This document shows positions 38,538 through 49,660 of a stretch of 64,000 bases of DNA, one piece after another. Origin of the DNA: an uncultured delta proteobacterium (GTDB lineage: Bacteria > Desulfobacterota > Syntrophia > Syntrophales > Smithellaceae); NCBI GenBank assembly GCA_963705555.1, contig CAVPJZ010000001.1, positions 449,009 to 513,008 of the forward strand. Reading direction: 5' to 3'. The notes beneath the pieces were generated by a model. It was not told the DNA's origin. It worked only from the letters and a program-made list of their open reading frames with translations, and did no database searches. A program made the position numbers and the translations under genes. Numbering within the stretch: position 1 is the stretch's first letter; every line of letters begins with the position of its first letter.

Positions 38538-40530
38538 ATGCTTTTTATGAAACGAACGGGGATAATGGCAGGTGTTTTCATTTTTCTGGCCATGTGTTTT
38601 CTTTCGAGTAGCGCTGTACCGGCAGCTGCTGCCGAACCGAAGCAGGCTGACCCGAAGACGCGGGAAATGAACAGCCATCTTCCGCAATACCTCACTGACG
38701 ACGACCGGGAAGAGAACGCATTCGCCCGGCGGGGCCTGATCGCGACCGATCCCGCGCTCGATATCCGCACCGCAAGTGGTAAACCAGTCTGGGACATGAA
38801 ACGTTATGACTTCCTGGTCGGGGAAGCACCCGCTCCGGACACGGTCAATCCCGCACTATGGCGACACGCCCGGCGCAACATGCTGCACGGCCTCTTCAAA
38901 GTCGTGGAAGGCATCTACCAGGTGCGGGGATACGATATCTCCAACATTACTTTCATTGAGGGGAAAACGGGATACATCGTGGTCGATCCGCTGATCTCGA
39001 TCGAATCGGCACGGGCAGCCCTGGAGCTCTTTTATCGTTATCTCCCGAAACGTCCCGTGACAGCCGTGATTTACACTCACAGCCATGTCGACCACTGGGG
39101 CGGGATCAAGGGAATTGTTTCTGCCGAGGAAGTCAAGGCGGGAAAGGTTCGGATCATCGCGCCCGAGGGGATGACAGCGGAGGCAATCAGTGAGAATGTG
39201 ATGGCGGGGAACGCCATGGCTCGCCGTGCTACGTACATGTTCGGAACAATCCTGCCGAAAGATCCAAATGGCCAGGTGGACGCAGGGGTGGGGAAGACGA
39301 CTTCCAGCGGAACGGTCAGCTTCATACCACCAACCGAGGAAATCAAAAAGCCTCTCCAGGAGATGACGATCGATGGTGTTCAATTCATTTTCCAACAGGT
39401 CCCCGGAACGGAAGCACCAGTCGAGATGAATTTTTATCTACCGGACTTGAAGGCGCTGTGCATCGCCGAGAACGCCACGGCGAGCCTGCATAACCTCCTT
39501 ACCCCTCGCGGCGCCCTTGTTCGGGATGCCAGGGCATGGTCCCGGTCCATCGACGAGGCGATCGATCTCTTCGGCAGCGATGCGGAGGTGGTCTTTCCAA
39601 CACATCACTGGCCGCGCTGGGGAAAAGAAAAGATCGTCAACTATCTCAAGAAGCAGCGCGACCTGTACAAGTATATTCACGACCAGACGGTGCGCCTGAT
39701 GAATCAGGGGTACACGATGACCGAATGCGCCGAGATGGTCAAGCTTCCGCCCAGCCTGGCCGGGGAATGGTACAATCGCGATTTTTACGGGACTGTCAAT
39801 TTCAACGTGAAGGCCGTGTACCAGAGGTATCTCGGGTGGTTTGACGCTAACCCCGCCAACCTCCATCCGCTTCCTCCTGAAGAGGCGGGCCGGAAATATG
39901 TGGAATTCATGGGTGGATCAGACGCCGTTCTCACGCGAGCGAGGGAGTCCATGAAAAAGGGCGAATACCGCTGGGTGGCGCAGGTTGTTAACCATGTGGT
40001 TTTCGCAGAGCCCGGAAACCGGGAAGCTCGCGAGCTTCAGGCCGACGCCCTGGAACAGCTTAGGCTACCAGTCCGAATCCCCCATCTGGCGAAACTTCTA
40101 TCTCTCCGGGGCCAAAGAGCTTCGCGACGGGATCACAAAGAACGTCCCTGTGCAGACGGGTGGCATCGATGTTATTCGCAGTATGCCCCTGGACATGTTT
40201 TTCGATTTTATGGCGGTTCGCCTGAACGGGCCAAAGGCTGCGGATAAGCACATTACGGTCAACTGGGTTTTTACCGATACCAATCAGACATACGCGGTTA
40301 CTCTGGAAAACGGCGTGCTGAATTATAAACGGGGGCGTCTTGCCGCCGATCCCGAAGCTACGGTAATCCTCACCAGGGCTGTCTTAGATACGATCGCGGC
40401 AAAGCAGGCCACCTTCCCTGGGCGCATTCTCGCGGGGGATATCCGGGTAGAGGGAGGGATGCTGAAATTCCTGGAGATGATGTCCTGCCTGGACGAGTTT
40501 GAGTTCTGGTTCAATATCGTGACGCCATGA
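38538..40530 (+). pseudogene. secreted MBL-fold alkyl/aryl-sulfatase (SdsA1/BDS1-like) with SCP2-like C-terminus, one frame break near 40000-40070
   Basis: Signal peptide. Metallo-beta-lactamase motif YTHSHVDHWGG. Dimerisation and SCP2-like tail in ORF 39985-40530. Confidence 0.8.
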
Positions 40531-40815
40531 AGCCATGAAGAGGGATCGCTCACTTGCAATCTCTCTGGGCTTTTCTTTTAGTTGAAGAATTGGGTCAAAT
40601 CTTTTTTCTTGATAATTTAAGATATAAAGGGATTGCTTAATCTTTGTTTCGTGAAGCGTCATTCGTATCTTGTGAAGCGTATATGGCAAAGTCCTGATGT
40701 ATAATAGGGTTTAAAATTTATTTTTCACCCGCACCTTGATCCTCTCCCCTTATCAAGTCTGGATTCCGGCTAAAAGCATGCCGCAATGACGATGGTGTTC
40801 TGGATACCCCTTTAT

Positions 40816-41712
40816 TCATGGTTTATAATTTCCAATTTTCCAAACTCCTTTTTCACGGAAAGCAGGAATGGTTTGTCTGCGGGCAGTGTTAAGCAACGCG
40901 TGAACTGATTTTTCATACTTTCTGGCGAAATCCGCGAGGGGGATTATTCTGTCGCCTTGCAGATAGGCAATTCTTTTATGCAGTGATTCTGTCAACGCCA
41001 GGGTGATAATTTTCTCCATGATCTTTGTTTTTTTTGAATCTTTGTACTCACCAAATGCTTTATAATAAATCATTTTCTCTTTATCGCGAATGATTATGTT
41101 GGAAAAACCCAATCGCGTAAGCTGATAATTGGCAATCACGCGCCCCATTCTGCCGTTACCGTCGCAAAAGGGATGGATTGTCTCGAAATCCAGGTGGAAT
41201 TTGGCGATCTTGTCGGCAAAGTAATTAATATGATCCACAGAAAATTCCAGCAGAATCGATTCCGTCATTCTAGACACATGTTCCGGGGCTGGCGCGATAT
41301 GCGTGCCGACACGAACATTTTCGCCCGCTGCACGGAACCGTCCCGCGATAGCATCTTTGATATTTCCCATAAGCATTTTGTGCAAAAGCAGAATCATATC
41401 TATGGAAAGTTCTGTTTCCATAGCTTTGCTTCTGGTGTATTCCATAACCAGCGCTAGATTTTTTGCTTCAAATACTTCGCGTACCGAAACATTACGGGAA
41501 ATTTCCATCTCCAACAGAATGCGCTCAGTCTCTTTGAGCGTAAGGGTAGAATTCTCGATGGCATTGGAATTGAAAACACTTTCCGAAAGCTCTGATTCAT
41601 CGATAAGCTTCAGCATAGACTCTTTGCCCTTACGCAGCTGATCATATTGTGTTTCAAGAGCTTGGATATAGTTTTTTATAGAATTTGTTGTGGCCATGAA
41701 GCGAATATACAC
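40816..41712 (-). CDS. Fic-family protein with N-terminal inhibitory motif
   Basis: Fic motif HPFCDGNGRMGR. The N-terminal SNAIEN matches the (S/T)xxxE(G/N) auto-inhibition motif. The start may be GTG at 41712 or ATG at 41697. Confidence 0.88.
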   Translation of the reverse strand: MYIRFMATTNSIKNYIQALETQYDQLRKGKESMLKLIDESELSESVFNSNAIENSTLTLKETERILLEMEISRNVSVREVFEAKNLALVMEYTRSKAMETELSIDMILLLHKMLMGNIKDAIAGRFRAAGENVRVGTHIAPAPEHVSRMTESILLEFSVDHINYFADKIAKFHLDFETIHPFCDGNGRMGRVIANYQLTRLGFSNIIIRDKEKMIYYKAFGEYKDSKKTKIMEKIITLALTESLHKRIAYLQGDRIIPLADFARKYEKSVHALLNTARRQTIPAFREKGVWKIGNYKP

Positions 41713-41713
41713 G

Positions 41714-41744
41714 ATTAACGATTATTTGTCAAATAATCGTTAAT
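41714..41744. promoter_or_regulatory. perfect 15-bp-arm palindrome ATTAACGATTATTTG-t-CAAATAATCGTTAAT abutting the fic start
   Basis: Read directly from the sequence. A third half-site-like copy (GATTAACGATTTTA) lies at about 41766. Confidence 0.5.
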
Positions 41745-41949
41745 ATAACTATAAAACGGCTAAGATTAACGATTTTATAATTAGCTTAGCTCTTTTGAGA
41801 ATCTGAAAAATCAGACCAGTTTTACTCATTTGCCAACATTTTATTTAAAAAACTTTCTAAAATTAAATTGTTGGAAATATTATAAAAAATATAATATTAA
41901 TAAACAGGCCTGTAAAATAAATCTTAATAAATTACGGAGGAGATGAATT

Positions 41950-42417
41950 ATGAAAAAGATGAATTTATTTATTGTTTTATTTTTAATTATTTTTGTGGGC
42001 GTTTATATAGGATGTGATAAAAAACAAGTAGTCAAGACCGATGGAACTCCTACCACTCAAGAAGGCTCGACAAAAGAGGATACTGCCCTTAAAGGTATCT
42101 ATTTTGACTTTGATAAAGCCGTTATCCTTTCGGGAGATAGGGAAGTTCTTAAGCAGGTAGCCGATTATCTTTTGAAAAATAAGAATGTAAAAATAACCAT
42201 AGAGGGAAACTGCGACGAGAGAGGATCCGATAAATATAACTTAGTGCTTGGCGATAAAAGAGCAAAAGCGGCCATGAATTATCTGGTTAATTCAGGCGTC
42301 GACAAAAAAAGGATAAAGACTCTCAGCAATGGCAAACGAAAGCCACTAGATCCTGGCCATAATGAAGAAGCATGGGCTAAAAATAGAAGAGATGATTTTG
42401 TAGTAAATATGAAATAG
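41950..42417 (+). CDS. Pal-like OmpA-family peptidoglycan-associated lipoprotein
   Basis: Lipobox VYIGC. OmpA_C motif IEGNCDERGSDKYNLVLGDKRAKAAMNYL. It is not within a tol cluster. Confidence 0.85.
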   Translation: MKKMNLFIVLFLIIFVGVYIGCDKKQVVKTDGTPTTQEGSTKEDTALKGIYFDFDKAVILSGDREVLKQVADYLLKNKNVKITIEGNCDERGSDKYNLVLGDKRAKAAMNYLVNSGVDKKRIKTLSNGKRKPLDPGHNEEAWAKNRRDDFVVNMK

Positions 42418-42503
42418 AGTTGGCCGAAGATTTCATAAAACGTACAAACGCTGCAATAAATCTTTCCTGAAGCTTTAATTTTTCAAGGAATAAACGTTAG
42501 CCG

Positions 42504-42537
42504 ATCTTATAGCCCCGTCCGAGCGGGGCTATAAGAT
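42504..42537 (+). terminator. 14-bp perfect hairpin (ATCTTATAGCCCCG / CGGGGCTATAAGAT, 6-nt loop) followed by a T-rich tract
   Basis: Located 87 nt downstream of the pal-like stop. Confidence 0.55.
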
Positions 42538-42710
42538 ATTTGATTCTTTTAACTCTTTCATCTTTCAGCTTTACCACTATTAATGCCCCCTCCTTACTGC
42601 TGGATGAATTCGTATGCAGTTTGACAAGCAGAGCAGTCGATATTAAATTAATATTATAAAGTAACGTTTATCGCTTTACATTTGAATGACAAAGAAAGGA
42701 GCTTGATATT

Positions 42711-43022
42711 ATGAGAAAAATATTTTTCTTTATGATGATAATAATGACACCGCTTTTAACCATGTGTTCCGGTCCCTATGGACCGATGAGCGGATATGAA
42801 GGCGGACGTATGATGAATTATGGCTTTGGATACGGAGGTATGTTTATGTGGATATTGGTTTTAATCGTTCTAGTGGTAGCGATTTATTTTATCGTTCAAT
42901 CTGTAAAATCAAAGAATCTGTCCGGGCAAGCACAGGAAACGCCATTGGATATTCTAAAAAAACGGTATGCCAAAGGCGATATTACCAAAGAAGAATTTGA
43001 TAGGATGAAAAAAGAATTATAA
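42711..43022 (+). CDS. SHOCT-domain membrane protein
   Basis: 103 aa with a signal/TM segment, a Gly/Met-rich region, a TM helix, and a C-terminal LKKRYAKGDITKEEFDRMKKEL (SHOCT). Confidence 0.8.
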   Translation: MRKIFFFMMIIMTPLLTMCSGPYGPMSGYEGGRMMNYGFGYGGMFMWILVLIVLVVAIYFIVQSVKSKNLSGQAQETPLDILKKRYAKGDITKEEFDRMKKEL

Positions 43023-43079
43023 TAAGGCGAAAAATGGTCGGTGTTTTCATCAAGTCGAGCACTACTTTGAAGTTTATTC

Positions 43080-43324
43080 GTGAAACTCCAATTCTAATGA
43101 AACTCAGATATTACAAACGCAGTGCAGCAATATCTGTAAGTTGAATTATCCCACGTGCGAAGCTAAGTGGGATATTGTAATGAGACGCAAGCTAGAAACA
43201 GCGTATAACCTAAAGGTCACACGTCGGAATTGGCAAGTTGAACAATCCCGTATAAGCAGGGGTATGATACATCGCAGTAAGCTTTGGAATCGGTTTCCAA
43301 AGCTTAATTTGGGGTTCATACCCG
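43080..43324 (+). repeat. mosaic hairpin-module array F
   Basis: Type I module at 43097-43152. ATCCCAC...GTGGGAT hairpin. A chimeric module carries ATAACCTAAAGGTCAC. An 11-bp hairpin AAGCTTTGGAA/TTCCAAAGCTT. Terminal TTTGGGGTTCATACCCG overlaps the glpC stop. Confidence 0.85.
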
Positions 43325-44509
43325 TGGCTTCTGGTCTGTGATTCCCAGTGATTCGCTGACGATTTCAGCCGGATCGAGGGCAGTCAGGCCGGAGAGCCCG
43401 CCCAATTGCATCCGGCACGAACCGCAATCCGCGACAATCGCTTCCGCTCCGGTTTTCCTGATGAGTGAGACAGCCCGGTTTCCTAGCTGAACTGCGGTGG
43501 ACTCATTAGTCTTTTTAAAACCGTAACTGCCGTTGAGCCCGCAGCAGGTATCATCAAGAATCTCATATTCCAGTCCGGGGATCATCGCCATAATTTTTGT
43601 TGCCGGATAGCCGATGCCCAGCGCCCTGAGGTGACACGGGATGTGATAAGCAAGTTTGCGCCGCACTTCCCTGAATTGCGGATCGATGTGTCCTTCATCA
43701 ATTAGTTTGACGATATATTCGTAGAGGTCGTAGCTGTTTTCGGCGATCTTTTTTCCCTGCGGAATTTCCAGAATACCCGGATAATCATGCAAGAGACAAA
43801 GGCCGCAGGATGTGCATGTATAGACAACATCATACCCCGCATCAATGTAGTCGGACAACGAAGCGGCATTCTTTTCGGCAAAGGAGCGGGCCAGCGCCAA
43901 ATTTCCGTTACCCAGCGCCGGAAGACCACAGCACCACTGAGGCGGCAATACAACATCTATATTGAATGATGTGAGCAGTTGAATGATTTTTCTGCCGATA
44001 TCGGGTCGATAAAAATTGATAAAGCACCCGTAAAAAAAGGCTACTTTTCTTGTCGATTTGCTCAGATTTTTCTTTTCGCTATGCAGTGTCCGGAAACGAA
44101 ATTTCGGGAAAGGTATATAAGTTGCCAAGCCCATAGCCCGGAATATCTTTTTTCCGATTGCGGTTGAGGCAATCGTGTTGGCGATAGGCGCGGTTAAAGA
44201 ACCAAGAGCGCTTAAGTAGTAGTTATTGGCGAAAAGCAGGTAGGCCAGCGTTCGGGGGTGCTGAAGACCATATCTTTGCTGTGCCTTGAGAATTATCTGG
44301 GCCGGTTCCACGCCGCATGGGCAGGCCATCTCGCAGCGCTTGCACTGACTGCATAGCATCACCCATTTATCCACGGCTTTTTCTCTTTCCATCCGGAAAC
44401 GCTGGGCATCGGGCCCTGATTGTTTCGGCCCGGGAAAATCAGGGTTGACCCGAAGGACGGGGCAATTCTCGACACAGATAGTGCAACGTATGCAGTGTTC
44501 GTAATTCAT
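43316..44509 (-). CDS. glpC: anaerobic glycerol-3-phosphate dehydrogenase subunit C
   Basis: N-terminal ferredoxin motifs CIRCTICVENCP and CSQCKRCEMACP, plus two CCG-type Cys-rich repeats. The likely start MNYEHC at 44509 overlaps the glpB stop. Confidence 0.88.
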   Translation of the reverse strand: MNYEHCIRCTICVENCPVLRVNPDFPGPKQSGPDAQRFRMEREKAVDKWVMLCSQCKRCEMACPCGVEPAQIILKAQQRYGLQHPRTLAYLLFANNYYLSALGSLTAPIANTIASTAIGKKIFRAMGLATYIPFPKFRFRTLHSEKKNLSKSTRKVAFFYGCFINFYRPDIGRKIIQLLTSFNIDVVLPPQWCCGLPALGNGNLALARSFAEKNAASLSDYIDAGYDVVYTCTSCGLCLLHDYPGILEIPQGKKIAENSYDLYEYIVKLIDEGHIDPQFREVRRKLAYHIPCHLRALGIGYPATKIMAMIPGLEYEILDDTCCGLNGSYGFKKTNESTAVQLGNRAVSLIRKTGAEAIVADCGSCRMQLGGLSGLTALDPAEIVSESLGITDQKPRV

Positions 44510-45702
44510 CGGATATACTCCGCGCAAGACTTTGCCGCGGCATAACCTGTCGCCAGCGCCAGGCCGTGCCCGCATCCGTTTTTCAAAATCTCCGTATTGG
44601 CGAGTATTCCTCCGCACACAAAAATATTTTCCCATGCGGAGCCCGCCGGACGGAAGGATGAATCCACAATAATTCCCGCCTTGCCGATACCGTGATTAAA
44701 GGAAAAATAATCATCATCGAACCATGTCTCTCGCAGGCCGGGGACATGGACAGGAAGATTAAAAACCGTTTCGACAATTGTATCCCGCTGCGCATGAAGC
44801 CCGCCGCCGACAAATGATCCCGTGGCCAGGACGAAGGCCTTGGCATTGAGGCTGTTGGGCCTTCCTTCGGACTTAGTGACAACGGCTTCGATAATCTTAC
44901 CCGTTTTTTCCACGCCGACAACCGGCCACGCCCAGTAGATGGTCCCGCCTTTTTTCCGGAAATAGTCTTTCAGCGCATTGAACAATCTTCTGCCGGGCAT
45001 GGATGGCGGAATGGTGGGGATTTCAAAAACTGGACGCTTCAGTCTGTCTTCTATTTTTTTTACAATTTTGACGGCTGATTCCAAACCTAAAACGGCGGGA
45101 AAGGCAATTTTGTCTTCGCGAATGTTTTGTTGTGTGAGCCAGAGGATGAATGCTTCCAGAAAATCTTCCCGCTCGAAATTTGCCGCAATGCCCATGGTCG
45201 TGGAAACTCCGGCATCGTATGTCGAAAAAGAAGCATTCTTCCGCCGGGAAATTATGTAGCTGGGATAAAAATCTTTGAGGCCGCTGAATGTAATGATGTG
45301 TATGTCGTCATCTGCGTTCTGCGGTGCCGCCTGCATAGTTACAGGAACCATGCAAGTGGTCTTGTAAGTGCCCAGAGCCGAAAGAATGCGGCGGTTATCT
45401 TCCGGTGTGCCTATATAGGGAATACCCATGTCACTCATGGCCATCTTGAAATTATCCAGCGCCTCCCGGATAGTTGCCCGGGAAATAAGGTGAAAAGGGT
45501 GTTCCTCCGGAAGATGAGTCACACCGTGCACGGGATTATGGTCTCTGGCACATACATCTATACAGCCGGTAGAAAGACACGCCGTAGGTTCTCCGGTAGT
45601 GACAACAGCAACTTTAAGGCCGCGCTCGGCAAGCCTTGTGCCCGCAGTAAATCCAGCTACTCCCGCGCCGATAATAATGACGTCGTATTCAATCACGCTC
45701 AC
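44506..45702 (-). CDS. glpB: anaerobic glycerol-3-phosphate dehydrogenase subunit B
   Basis: FAD motif YDVIIIGAGVAGFTAG. A GTG start overlapping the glpA stop (GTGA) is inferred. Confidence 0.82.
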   Translation of the reverse strand: MSVIEYDVIIIGAGVAGFTAGTRLAERGLKVAVVTTGEPTACLSTGCIDVCARDHNPVHGVTHLPEEHPFHLISRATIREALDNFKMAMSDMGIPYIGTPEDNRRILSALGTYKTTCMVPVTMQAAPQNADDDIHIITFSGLKDFYPSYIISRRKNASFSTYDAGVSTTMGIAANFEREDFLEAFILWLTQQNIREDKIAFPAVLGLESAVKIVKKIEDRLKRPVFEIPTIPPSMPGRRLFNALKDYFRKKGGTIYWAWPVVGVEKTGKIIEAVVTKSEGRPNSLNAKAFVLATGSFVGGGLHAQRDTIVETVFNLPVHVPGLRETWFDDDYFSFNHGIGKAGIIVDSSFRPAGSAWENIFVCGGILANTEILKNGCGHGLALATGYAAAKSCAEYIR

Positions 45703-47201
45703 TGCGGTCTCTCCATGGCCAGTATGCCCAGATAGATGTATTCCACAAGCTGTTCTTCGCGCAACTGATCGCCCCAAAGGCAATATCGAATACCGCGAAA
45801 GCGGCGCTGGAGAAAATCTCGCAAAGCGGACATGGATTGCTCGGGTGAGATGATGCTTTTTTCATGCATAATTCCCAGCGCACGAAAAGTGCAGAAACCA
45901 CCCTGGCATGGTCCCATGCCCAAACGTGTTCTGTGCTGAATATCGCCGACATATCTGGTGCCGGTTTCCCTGATAATCCGCTCCACTTCCTGCCTGGTGA
46001 CAAGTTCGCATTCGCATACTATATTTTTCATATCTGCGAGCCGCTTGGATAGAGGATAACCACTAAGTTCTTCCTGTCCGTCCAGAGGTATTTGAGCCGT
46101 TTCACATGCTCTCTTTAAGTTGAAGGAATCCATTATGGCATCGACCATCTTTTCCGCCATTAATCGGAAAGTGGTGAGCTTTCCTCCCACGATACTGTAC
46201 ATTCCGTTTTCGTGGTCAATGATTTGAAAACCACGGGAAATTTCGCGGCTGTCCGATTTCTGGGATTTAAGCAGAGGACGGACACCGGAAAAAGCGCGGA
46301 TGATGCGCGTATTGTTGAAGTGAGGAATCATTCGCCCCGCCTCGCTTATAATGGTATCAACCTCAGTGGATTCGATTCTGATTTTATCCGGATCTTCCAC
46401 CATTAACGATGTTGTTCCGGCCAGGCAAACTGCTTCATTGGGTACGACGATATCGCCGTCGGAAGGCGGACGCAGCCTGTTGATTACCATATTGGTCAGG
46501 CGGTGATTGGTAATGACGATACTTCCCTTGGACAAGGTAATAGGCACTTCACTGCCGGCAAGAGAGGCGACCAGATGAGACCAGGCTCCGGTCGCATTGA
46601 CAATGATGTTGCCGCGGATTTCTCGAATGTCACCGGTGACCTGATCTGTGGCTTTAACGCCAATACAGTGTCCATGCGATTTGACGATTTCCGTTACCTT
46701 GTGACGAATAAAGATGATGCCGTCTCTTCGTTGCGATGTTCTGATATTGAGCATGCAAAGGCGGAAGGGATCGATAGAACAATCGGGAACTTTGATGGCT
46801 TCTTCGATTTCCGGATTCAGATTGGGAACGAGATCAAGAGCTTTGGTCGAGGAAATGACTTCCGCGGGTATTCCTATTTCTTCACAACTTCGAAGGAAAC
46901 GTTCACGGTAAAGTTTGGAATCACCGGGAAGACGCACAAAAAGACCTCCCGTATGCTCGACGCATTTCTCGCCGATTTTTCTCAAAATGATGTTTTCATC
47001 GTAACACTCCTTGGCTGCTATCGGATCGGAGACCACGTATCTGCTGCCGCTGTGCAGGAGGCCGTGGCAGGCGCCGGTGGCTCCGGCTGCGAAGTCTCCC
47101 TTTTCGATGAGACAGTGCGGTATGCCGCGCAGAGCCAAGTCTCTGGCTATACCGCAACCGGTAGCTCCTCCGCCGATGATGATGACATCCGTTTTAATCA
47201 T
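45699..47201 (-). CDS. glpA: anaerobic glycerol-3-phosphate dehydrogenase subunit A
   Basis: Intact 500 aa. FAD motif DVIIIGGGATGCGIARDLALRG. C-terminal BFD-like CECELVT...GPCQGGFC. Confidence 0.9.
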   Translation of the reverse strand: MIKTDVIIIGGGATGCGIARDLALRGIPHCLIEKGDFAAGATGACHGLLHSGSRYVVSDPIAAKECYDENIILRKIGEKCVEHTGGLFVRLPGDSKLYRERFLRSCEEIGIPAEVISSTKALDLVPNLNPEIEEAIKVPDCSIDPFRLCMLNIRTSQRRDGIIFIRHKVTEIVKSHGHCIGVKATDQVTGDIREIRGNIIVNATGAWSHLVASLAGSEVPITLSKGSIVITNHRLTNMVINRLRPPSDGDIVVPNEAVCLAGTTSLMVEDPDKIRIESTEVDTIISEAGRMIPHFNNTRIIRAFSGVRPLLKSQKSDSREISRGFQIIDHENGMYSIVGGKLTTFRLMAEKMVDAIMDSFNLKRACETAQIPLDGQEELSGYPLSKRLADMKNIVCECELVTRQEVERIIRETGTRYVGDIQHRTRLGMGPCQGGFCTFRALGIMHEKSIISPEQSMSALRDFLQRRFRGIRYCLWGDQLREEQLVEYIYLGILAMERPQ

Positions 47202-47207
47202 GTTGTT

Positions 47208-48708
<1,501 letters not shown>

Positions 48709-48998
48709 ATTCGCACCCCTATTAGAGTAAATAGAAATGCTTCTATAAGATTAGTATTGCATAATGCTATGTATTTGCCAAAGGAAAAATGTTTCTGGAA
48801 TTACTTTTTTAGAGTGTGCAGTAATTTCAAAACATCAACTTTATAAATTAGCCCCCTTACTCCCTTAATTGCCCTATAGCACGTTTGGAATTTATCCTCA
48901 AGTAAAGCAAGATAATAGATGACATTTAAAATTTTTCACCTTTGGAGAAAAACTAAAAATTACCCTTGACAAATAATAAATATTCTATAATCTGAATT

Positions 48999-49019
48999 AT
49001 CATTCAAATATTGAATGAT
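48999..49019. promoter_or_regulatory. 9-3-9 palindrome ATCATTCAA-ata-TTGAATGAT; candidate TetR operator
   Basis: Perfect arms, 27 nt upstream of the tetR-family ATG at 49046. TTGACA (48966) and TATAAT (48986) hexamers lie nearby, but with only a 14-nt spacer. Confidence 0.5.
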
Positions 49020-49045
49020 TGTTCGAAAATAGAAAGGCCTGGTTA

Positions 49046-49660
49046 ATGGAAAGGTTGGAACGAAAAGAGCGCGAGTTCAATGTGCGGCGGGCGGATATTC
49101 TGGAGCAGGCAGAAAGAATATTTTCTACCAAAGGTTATCATAACGTCACAGTCGCTGAAATTGCCAACGCTTCCGGTTTTGCTATCGGTTCCCTCTATCA
49201 GTTCTTTGACGGCAAAGAACATCTTTATACGACAATGATCAGCGAAAAACTCGATTTAATGTACGCTGAAATCAGGCAAAAGGTAAACGCGGCAAAGGAT
49301 GTCGCCGATAAAATTGTAACCCTGATTAATGCACATTTAAAGTTTGTCGAAAATAACACAGATTTCTGCCGTATATTCCTCCGCGGGGAAAACGATGCTA
49401 TATCGGAAATTATGACTGCACTGCACCAAAAGCTTATCGATGATTATTTTAAGCACATAACTTTTATCGAGAATTTCTTAAAAACGGGTATCAAGAGTGG
49501 CTTATTGCGCTCGCTGCCGCCGCACGAAATAGCTTTGGCACTAATTCATTTGATCAGGTCGGCAGCAATCGAGTGGTTGTTAATACCAACGAAAGAGTCC
49601 CTACTTTCCAAAAGGGATTTTATTCTGGACATTTTTTTAAATGGAGTGAAAAAAATATGA
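49046..49660 (+). CDS. TetR/AcrR-family transcriptional regulator
   Basis: HTH FSTKGYHNVTVAEIANASGFAIGSLYQFF. The alternative TTG start at 49019 would overlap the palindrome. Confidence 0.88.
   Translation: MERLERKEREFNVRRADILEQAERIFSTKGYHNVTVAEIANASGFAIGSLYQFFDGKEHLYTTMISEKLDLMYAEIRQKVNAAKDVADKIVTLINAHLKFVENNTDFCRIFLRGENDAISEIMTALHQKLIDDYFKHITFIENFLKTGIKSGLLRSLPPHEIALALIHLIRSAAIEWLLIPTKESLLSKRDFILDIFLNGVKKI

Noticed and set aside
42497-42577. 26-codon minus-strand ORF (GTG start, AAGGAGG SD 10 nt upstream) between the pal-like and SHOCT genes.
   Set aside because: Half of it is the 14-bp terminator-like hairpin at 42504-42537. The SD-like sequence may be coincidental, and conservation cannot be assessed here.
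43308-43324. tRNA-like T-arm (GGGGTTCATACCC) at the ends of arrays E and F, as a possible tRNA-fragment att site.
   Set aside because: No acceptor stem, anticodon arm or CCA context can be drawn. Only a 3-4-bp stem with a 6-7-nt loop is present.
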